64,000 nt of DNA from Macrostomum lignano. Lineage: Eukaryota. Both the position numbers and the translations under genes were made by a program. Below, in pieces: positions 55,409-64,000 of the stretch (its first letter is position 1; each line of letters opens with the position of its first letter). Under the pieces are notes generated by a model that was not told where the DNA came from, made no database searches, and saw only the letters and a list, made by a program, of their open reading frames with translations. Where the stretch lies: assembly GCA_002269645.1 (NCBI GenBank), contig NIVC01000460.1, forward strand, positions 124,001 to 188,000. The letters are read 5' to 3'.

Positions 55409-56689
55409 TATTAATTTTAATGGACTGGCAAGTGGACCCTTACTCTGAAGAAACAATACAATTTCGTAGGTAAACACTTCAGGTTATTTTAACTTTTATA
55501 GCTGTATGCTGTGTGTATAGATGTTTAGGTTTTTGGACTTTTAACTTCAAGTGTTCATCATTTTAGCAATATATTAATTCAAAATATAAGATACTCATTA
55601 AATATACGCCAACTTTTACAATTAGCTAAACCAAGTCTATTTTTACTAAAAATACAACTAAATTTGTCACTCCTACTATTCAGTTGTCTATTTTTGGGGC
55701 TATTTAATAATATAATTATTGTTGTGAAAAATTTGAATTTAGAGAAGAAATCTGTACCTCTTAAAATACAAAAGGCTTTTTCTATCAAGATTTATATTAA
55801 CCTAGCATCAAACTTTAAGAAAAACTAAGACTGGAATTAAGTAAGGTTAAGTTGTAATTTTTTATTTCAAACAAAACTTGAAAAAGGTTTCTGTATGAGC
55901 AAGTGACTCCTTACTAAGCCTATATATAAGTTAGCCTATCATTGCATAGGACTACTAGGTCTAGGCTAGATAAAAGAGAATTTTAATAAGTTAGTTGGAA
56001 AAAACAAAGAAAAGTTATGACCTGCATAATTAGTTTGGAGCAATCCTTAGTGGAATAGGCAACCCTTGCCTCTGTTGTCTATAGACTACCTTGTAGCCTA
56101 TAGACAGCCTATATTTGTTTTGAAAATATGCAACAAAGGCAATATCAGATGCTATGTTAAGCAATACTTTTCTTGTTCCAACTTTATTTTTAGATCTAAA
56201 ATACTCTTTAAAATTATTTATAGACTTAAGAACAAAAAGAACAAAAATTTCTTACAAAAAGCTACAAAGCTTGAAATCCTAACTAAAAGGAACCACATTG
56301 ACCATAATTGTTTGTTTAAAAGTTTGACACAGCCATTTTAGCACATGACCATATTTTTGATATATGGCTATTTTGATGAATGGTCATTTTATTATAAGGT
56401 TACTAGCTATATATCACCTCACTATTTTGACATGACCAACTAAACTAGGCCTTTTAAATATATGGCTATTGTTTATCTTATATTAAGAAACCATTTAATT
56501 TGGCAACCAGTTGACATGGCAATAGTCAATTTGGTAACAAATCAATTTGATGATCATTAAGGGCCTCAAGGGATTTTCAAAGTGCCAAAAAACCCTATTT
56601 GGCCTAAAAACCAGGTTTTAGGACCATTAAATACTATAATGCAGCCAACATCATCAAAGAGTGGAGCAAAGCATGGAAGATACCCATCT

Positions 56690-57200
56690 CAGTCAACAAA
56701 GCTCTATAACATTATTTAGTATGGGTGCAACAAAGCTCAAAGAGGGAAACTTTGTTAGGATGCTAGCCCATGATGCAAGTAGGAGGAATTTCCCTCTTTT
56801 TCTAAGGGTTACACTTGATGGCAAGCTAACATTCAAGCAACATATGAGCAACAGTGATAAAAATATTTTTTATTTTCTATAATAATTTTTCTGCTTAAAA
56901 TACTAGAATTTAGTACTACAATTTGCTAGAAAAGGCTGAACCTAATGCATAAGCTAGCTAGAACCAACTGGGGCTAGGATGGCAATATCCTTAGACAAAC
57001 CTACCTGGCAGTCATCTATAGCCAGATGCTATATAATGAGTAGAATAGAAACCCTTAGATCAAAGATGAGCTATGGCAGAGGCTAGATTTTGTCTAGAGA
57101 ATAGCAGATAAAATCATTGCTAGCCTTATAGTGACCATGCCCATTGCAGCAGTGTTCATGGAGAGTGAGCTATCTGCCAAGGTCTTTAGGTAGCTTAATG
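56690..57200 (+). mobile_element. Decayed non-LTR retrotransposon reverse-transcriptase C-terminal fragment
   Basis: Fragments LRVTLDGKLTFKQHM, KLARTNWG and ILRQTYLAVIYSQMLY occur in shifting frames and match LINE RT motifs (LGVxLDxKLTFxxH; LAGxxWG; LRxxYxAxIxxxLxY). Confidence 0.65.
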
Positions 57201-57779
57201 AAACATGTTCATTAGGTTAGAACTGCACTTACTTTGCTGGGAACCTGCCTTTAAGGAGCAGATGGAGCACATGGTAGGGATGGATTTGTCTAGTGTGGGA
57301 AAGGGATGTCTAGCAGGTTGCCAAGGGCCCTAGCTCAGCTTGGCCAAACAATAAGCAGGGAACAGCCTTGAAACTGTGAGGAATGTGCCCTGTCTGATTA
57401 ACAAATTAGGACAGTTACAATTGAAGCTTAAGGCTTGTGCTCAGTCTGAGCTTAGCACCCTTGCCATTAATCCCTGTTGCATACCAGTTCTTACCCCATG
57501 CTGATTGCTAACGATTTCTTATATTCCTACTAATCTCAAAGGCACCATTTTAGTAGAGCATTTATACCAAGCACTTACTTTTAACTTTAAATTTCTTTGT
57601 GAAAATGAGTTCTCTTCAGAGCCTTGAAAATTAGCGAAGTCAAGTTTTTGTCCTTTGGTCAATAGGATGGAGTGGAGCCAAGATTTCTGACCACTTATTC
57701 TCCATCCATGGTGAGAACAGCCTAGAAAAACTGCAATTTATAGATAGATTGAATGCTTTAGAGATGGCCAGTCTGCTAT

Positions 57780-57965
57780 GAATGATCAGCTATGCTTTGC
57801 CTCTGGCAATCCTTGCATGTTGGATGGCAAGACATTCTATCAAGGGATCAAAACAGTTTTTTGCCCAGGCCATTAATGGCATGCTTTCAAGGTGGCAGAG
57901 GTGTGTCCAGCTGAATGGGGACTATGTAGAGAAGTTGCAGGTTGAGCTTGACAATTCGCTTTGAA
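57780..57965 (+). mobile_element. Mariner-type transposase C-terminal remnant
   Basis: FFAQAINGMLSRWQRCVQLNGDYVEK resembles the conserved mariner end F(Y/F)xxGIxxLxxRWxxCVxxxGxY. Confidence 0.55.
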
Positions 57966-58981
57966 TTTTGAACTGGTGCATGCCCTAAGGATTTATCAAC
58001 AGTATGAATTGTTCTGTGTTTTATTGTTTAAAATCATTGCCATAAATTTTTGAGATTGTGTAACACTACCCCTGACCTTCACGCACATTTCTTGCTACAG
58101 CTCTGAGCTCCTGAATAAAAAAGATAGGCCTAGCCCTAGGCCTATCAACATGATTTTAACTTTTTTGTGACAATTTTTTTTCATTTGATATGCCTTACCA
58201 TGGGTGTGAAATTTCATGGCGCCATTGAAGAGCTACATTAGACATTCCGGGAACTTTTGGGACACCCCTGGTAGTAGCCTTTTGCATTGCAAAATACAAA
58301 TTTCATTTTTCTAAAGGCAGGATGCAGGTGAAGCGGCTCGCGTGCGGCAAGATGAAGACCACTTGTCTTTTAATAAAGTGCTGCGGCTGGGCCTTTTACG
58401 GCTCGAGTTTATTTGGGCCATAGACAGTTTGAGCAGCAGTGGCTGGCTCTGTCAAAAGTACATGTGTCTGCTACACAGGGCAATTACCCTTATGCCCTAT
58501 ATAGCAGGTTGTTTAATTATTATAAACATAAGATGAAACACTTTATAAAAATTAAAAAAATGCCTAGGTCTACATTATATAGTTGTGGCTGAAAAATTAA
58601 AATTTAAAAACTAAAAAAGGTCAGCTTCAACTATAACCTATACTATAGGCCAATATTGCAGAAGGTGTAGTATACGCCAGAAAATTCCGGCATACAACGC
58701 TTTAGCTGGCATACATCTGGCGTACAAATGCTTTAGCTAATGTACATATTGGCGTACAATGAGGAAAAACTACTTTCTGGCAATCATTGGCTTACAATTT
58801 TTAACAATACATGTTCAAGCTTGCGGTGCGGCAAACATAAGCATTGATGTATAGTCAATAATTGTGTAAATTACGCTAAGCTTCAATTTTGATAGGATCA
58901 TAATTTTGTCTCTATAGGGGTTTTTGATGGTGCTGATTTCAAATTTGAGCTCCATTTTTAGGTAGCTTTAACCCAATTATA

Positions 58982-59303
58982 TGTAGCTTAAAGCCAACCA
59001 CCGGGGCATGGGGAATGGGGGGTTTTAGGGTGGGGAGATTCTTCATGAGGATTGGTTTTATCAACATAAACTTGAATAGAGGCATGGAGACCTATTCAAG
59101 ATTGTGTTGATAAATTCCAATTCTAATAGGGGGGGGGGGTTGTAGCTTAAAACCAACTACCGGGGCATGGGGAATAGGGGGTTTTAGGGTGGGGAGATTC
59201 TTCATAGGGATTGATTTTATCAACATAAACTTGAATAGAGGCATGGAGACCTATTCAAGATTGTGCTGACAAATTCCAATTCTAATAGGGGGGAGGGGTT
59301 GTA
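58982..59303. repeat. Tandem duplication of a ~159-bp unit containing an internal hairpin
   Basis: Units start at 58982 and 59141. Each has arms TTATCAACATAAACTTGAATAG / CTATTCAAGATTGTGTTGATAA (20/22 complementary in unit 1). A partial copy lies at ~59927. Confidence 0.8.
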
Positions 59304-62057
59304 ACTCCACGACACGAGAAAAGAGAGAATCCACCAAAGAGTCAACATAATTATGTCAGAAGTTGGTTGAATTCTATAACTTTATCTAAATGAATTTGCT
59401 TACCAAAATCAAGTGCTGTTACTTCCTTAATACAATAGAATTAGTAATCTAGCCTTGTATAGTAATTGGTTTTGAGGAGCAAAATGCTTTAAAGTTGCGA
59501 ACATTGCTTTGGCTGGGTGCAGTGAAAGTGGTAGTGCAAAGATGAGCCAGTCGTGACAGTTTTTAAAAAAAGCGAACAGTGACATGGCACTGTCTATGCA
59601 TTATAACTAAATTGAAAAACTATTATCAGCCAACATAAAAGACAATTGCATATTAATTTGTAGATATGATTATTCATCTTTGATTGGCCTAATGAAGTTC
59701 TAGCACATGTGCTATTAGATTAAAAGTCTAGTGGATACACTTTCAAAAATGTATTTGTGGAAACTTTTTCTCACCAAACATCATTAAAAGAATAGGGAAT
59801 CGAGTAAAAATCGTGATTGCATCAACTGTACAGGTAATTTTCTACACTTTTTTTGCATTTTTATAATTTTGGGTACCCCATAAGTCTCCAATGCAAGTTT
59901 CAGAAAAATCGAAAAATCGGAAGTATTTTATCAACATAAACTTGAAGAAGTCCCGCTAAGCAATCCTTTGTTGTAGTAGAAGTTAACTGAAGTTTTAAGA
60001 CTATGAATTAATTTTTAAAATAATAAACCTAATTTTTCTTTAGTAACTAGTAAAAACAATATCTAAAACAATATTATACATAACTATTTTGTTTTTACTT
60101 ATTATTTAGGTTTTTTAAATAATAGGCCTACTACGCTTCGTTAAATTTGCTGCCATGCCATCATTATTAAAATTGCTACGCATATGCGTACTAGGCCTAC
60201 TGCTCGTGGTATTAGTTATCTGCTTTTTCATTACGCAATTTTTAGTGGCGTACAATTTACTAGACCACTTAATTGATGTAATTTACTGGCGTACATTTTA
60301 CTAGATAGCCAAATAATTTCCGGCGTACATGTAACACGATCCACAATATGGCCTATCTTAGCTATCTATAGGGCCTAGCTAATAACAGCCTAGTGGATCC
60401 AGGATTTTTTGGAGGTAGAGCTAAAGGCCTAAAAATCAATTTTTGGGTGCCACCGAATTTGTCAACATCTTAAGTTTGTCTTATCTTAGGTTAACCTAAC
60501 CTAACTAATCTTAGGTTTACCTTAGGGCCTACCATGCAGTGGCATGCACAGGCATACACTGTTGACAAATTTGGTTACCTGACAATAGGCTATTGGTATT
60601 GACCAGCTAGTATATTTTTATAGTCCAATGCTATACTGCTAGCTACTAATAGTAATAGAGGGTATTGCTACTGCTGATTTTTCTCAAATTTTGGAAGCTA
60701 GATCTACCTTAGCTTAGGATGTTTTAAGGTTTTTTGCTAAATCAAAGATGACACAAATTTTAACACAAGAACTTCATCTTATTAAAATTTCTTAAGTGGT
60801 ATTTCATAACTTAGATTTTTAAGGAGCATAAATATACATGTATCTACGTGTTTCCATTGGATAAGATATATATTGCCCCATAAGAGCCACTGAAATTATA
60901 TAGAGGTATATATTTCTTCTACAAGTGTTGCGAGTATAAAAATATATTAGGAACAAAATTGACACAAGTTTCACAAATTTCCATTATGTATTTTTTTCGA
61001 AAAATATTTACTATTCTTTAACTTCATTTTAACATGCTTGGGAAACATTTTTTTATTAATTTTAGATTAATTATATCTTTGTAAGTAACATGTGACTTTG
61101 TAGTAATCGTAAACATTTGAAACTTATGCTGTTACAATTTTTATGAACATTTTTTGAAAACTAACATAAATAAATTACATAATTTATTAGTAAATTATGT
61201 TACCAATTTTTCACTTTGTCACCAGCTCATCCGTCATCAGTAATTAGTGACCAGCCCTCACAAAAGCAGAAGACAGCAATTGGGCCAAGCAAGAGTGAAA
61301 GCAAAGTGGAGCGCAGAAAGCAAAGTGGCCTTCAACTAACTATATGAGCGTTTATTGTTATAAAGAAAGACAAGTTTTGGAGTTTAAAATTAAATGTTCA
61401 TGTGTAAGAAAAAAAATTATAGCAGCAAGAACACTAAGCACAATGCTGAATATGGCATGCTAAATAGCCTACAAAGGAGGTGGGGCTAAGTACAGCCTGC
61501 CTTAAACAGATGCACAAAGGCAGGGGGGTGGCTGGTCACTAAAGTTGGTTTGCACAAGTTTCAAGCACCTATGCAAACCATTGCAATATGAAATTTTTGT
61601 TCCTTTACAATATGTGCAGCAAGATTTTGTTGACATAGATTAAGTCATATGTTGATAGGAGCTAAAGTATTTTTTTTCCGAATATGCAATGTAATGTATA
61701 CGAAAATTGTCAGGTGAGATAGGAAGATACAAGGATGGTCACCTAGGGGCTGCAGCCCCCTTTTCCCCTGCCTATGCTACTACTGTGGCTTATATATTTA
61801 GGAATATTTGCTTGGTTTCTATACTTAGCAGCACTTGCAACTCATATGCCTAGCTATGCTAAGACCTATTTAAATCTTTGTCATGCTATAAAGCTCTTTT
61901 TAAAGGTTATAAAGCTGTCTTAGCAGTTTTATCTTCTAATTTTAATTTTTAGGCCTAAAAGCTCTGAGCTTTATAATCTAGAATATTTTAAGTTAGATAG
62001 ACTAGACTTGGAATATAAGAGAAATATTATTAGCCTTAACATATAAACAATACCATA

Positions 62058-62220
62058 TGCATGCTTGGGTGCAACCTAGGGATTCACCAGCTGTTTCAAT
62101 TGGCAACACACAAATTGCTATTGGACAAAATAGTAGTCACGTGACTGCTTTCAGCCAATAGCAACTTACTATTGTTGCCAATAGAAACGGCTGGGTGATT
62201 CCCAAGGTTGCGCATGCATG
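62058..62220. promoter_or_regulatory. ~160-bp imperfect palindrome centred on GTCACGTGAC with mirrored CCAAT boxes, upstream of Tim8
   Basis: The left arm GCAACCTAGGGATTCACCAGCTGTTTCAATTGGCAAC..TTGCTATTGG..AGTCAC mirrors the right arm GTGACT..CCAATAGCAA..GTTGCCAATAGAAACGGCTGGGTGATTCCCAAGGTTGC. The centre is at 62140/62141. The palindrome is certain; its function is inferred. Confidence 0.5.
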
Positions 62221-62544
62221 CAGGGTCCATATAGGCCCCAAACCTTCAATTCATAGTGAGTCTTCATTACGCTATGAAGTCTTAGCAACTCCCTTTGGGC
62301 TTTAAAATCTCAACAACTCCACCTGAACTCTGGAATCTCAATGAAATGAGCTTTGGAGTCTCAGCAACTACTTTTTAAGCATTGAATCTCCATCACTACC
62401 TTTGTATCTGATGTTAAAATTTGTGAATGCTGCACTTTGCATCTGTGGCTAGCTATCATGACTTGATATCCTTAACTTAAGCACAAAGTGGTGCAATTCT
62501 AAAATTAAAAAGCCCGAAAAACTTTTTCTAGCTAAACTTCAGCG

Positions 62545-62919
62545 ATGTCCTGGAGCTCCTGGTTCGGCGGCGGCTCGTCTGGCGGAAGCGACAAGCCAGC
62601 CTCTAGCGATGCCTACAACGACACGAGTAGCTTCCAGTACGAGACGGTGCCCAGCATAGGCTCATCCAGCAGCTACGGCAGTTCGAGCGGCGGCACTGCA
62701 GAATTCCAGCAGCAGGTTCAGCAGCAGATGCTGGTAGCGGAACTGCAGCGGCGCATCGGCCAGCTGAGCGGCCTGTGCTGGGAGAAGTGCATGACGGCCT
62801 ATCCGAAATATTCTATCAGCTCTCGCGAGGAGAACTGCGTGACCAACTGCGCCGAACGTTACCTGGACGTCAGCTCGCTGATTGCCGAAGGACTGGCTAA
62901 AAAATTTGAAGCCTCTTAA
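62545..62919 (+). CDS. TIMM8: Mitochondrial small Tim chaperone, Tim8-like (twin CX3C), 124 aa, single exon
   Basis: LCWEKCM...EENCVTNCAERYLDVS gives a twin Cx3C motif, with the CWEKC and NC.ER..D.S residues typical of Tim8. AATAAA is at ~63022. Confidence 0.85.
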   Translation: MSWSSWFGGGSSGGSDKPASSDAYNDTSSFQYETVPSIGSSSSYGSSSGGTAEFQQQVQQQMLVAELQRRIGQLSGLCWEKCMTAYPKYSISSREENCVTNCAERYLDVSSLIAEGLAKKFEAS

Positions 62920-63521
62920 CATTATTTGGTCGGCATCAGCTCGGTTTGCTATTAGTGTTTTTTTAGCCTTTTTAGCGTATTATTAGTTTAGCCAGCTAAA
63001 ATTGACGCTACCTTTAATTAAATAAATTCGGTAATCAACAACTATCAGGCAGTGTTTACGTTATTTTGATTGAATACGCTTAAATATGCTTTGTTACTCC
63101 TACATTGTTGCAGCCTTTAAAGTTTATTTTTATGTAAAAAATGGAGTCGGTTACGCTTAAGAGCAGCATGTACAGGTTTGGTCATATATATGTACATATT
63201 CATATGCTGTAAATGACCATAAGAAAAAAGCTATATAAAAACAAAGCAAGCAGTTAAATTAATTTTGTTTTTCATCATAAACAGCAGTAACAAATTAGTT
63301 AATGCCAGTGTTCAAGTAAAATTACATGAAATTTAAGTAGTCACCTAAAATGCAAAAATTACCTGTTGATTTTGCAAAAGCTGGAAGTTAGGCAAAAACT
63401 TACTTTTTTTAGTCAGAAAAACAGAAAATTCAGCTCAAGCGAAACGAGTAATAAATACTGTTATTAAATGTAATTTTTCTGCAAACTGCTGCTTTAGTGG
63501 GCCCTTTTTGGTCCATCGCTG

Positions 63522-64000
63522 GGTTGACAACACCCCACTTCCGGTTCATCAATGAGTTGACAACACCCTACTTCCGGTTCATCAATGAGTTGACAACACC
63601 AGACTTCCGGTTTAACAAGTTGAAGGAGTTGACAACCCCTACTTCCGGTTCATAAATGAGCTGAGAACATCCTACTTCCGGTTTATCGATGGGCTGAGAA
63701 CATCCTACTTCCGGTTTATCGATGGGCTGAGAACATCCTACTTCCGGTTTATCGATGGGCTGAGAACATCCTACTTCCGGTTTATCGATGGGCTGAGAAC
63801 ATCCTACTTCCGGTTTATCGATGGGCTGAGAGCGTCCTACTTCCGGTTTATCGATAGGCTGAGAACATCCTTCCGGTTTATCGAGGGGCTGAGAACATCC
63901 TACTTCCGGTTTATCGAGGGGCTGAGAACATTCTTCCGGTTTATCGAGGGGCTGAGAACATCCTACTTCCGGTTTATCGAGGGGCTGAGCATCCTACCTA
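63522..64000. repeat. 33-bp minisatellite running off the window end
   Basis: Unit TACTTCCGGTTTATCGATGGGCTGAGAACATCC, preceded by ancestral-looking variants CACTTCCGGTTCATCAATGAGTTGACAACACC. Confidence 0.93.

Overview
Eukaryotic genomic DNA, very likely from a free-living flatworm of the Macrostomum type. This is inferred from a 2DBD nuclear receptor, GC-rich poly-Ala/poly-Gln exons and introns filled with 14-50 bp minisatellites. I hand-spliced seven protein-coding genes using GT-AG junctions that keep the frame. (1) A ~1761-aa TRP channel on the minus strand, with ~20 ankyrin repeats joined to a TRPM-type MHR4/S1-S6/TRP-box/coiled-coil module. (2) A two-DNA-binding-domain nuclear receptor (2DBD-NR) with a very divergent ligand-binding domain. 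(3) A single-exon neuropeptide precursor yielding four 13-residue peptides. (4) ICA69/ICA1. (5) A divergent cyclin A-like gene. (6) RING1/RNF2 (PRC1). (7) A Tim8-type small Tim protein. The rest is about 30 distinct minisatellite arrays, several inverted-repeat elements, and decayed transposon fragments (Crypton-like, non-LTR, mariner-like). The most unusual items are the ankyrin-TRPM hybrid channel, the neuropeptide precursor, the 2DBD receptor, and minisatellites whose units match transcription-factor motifs. No database searches were possible, so family assignments rest on remembered motifs.
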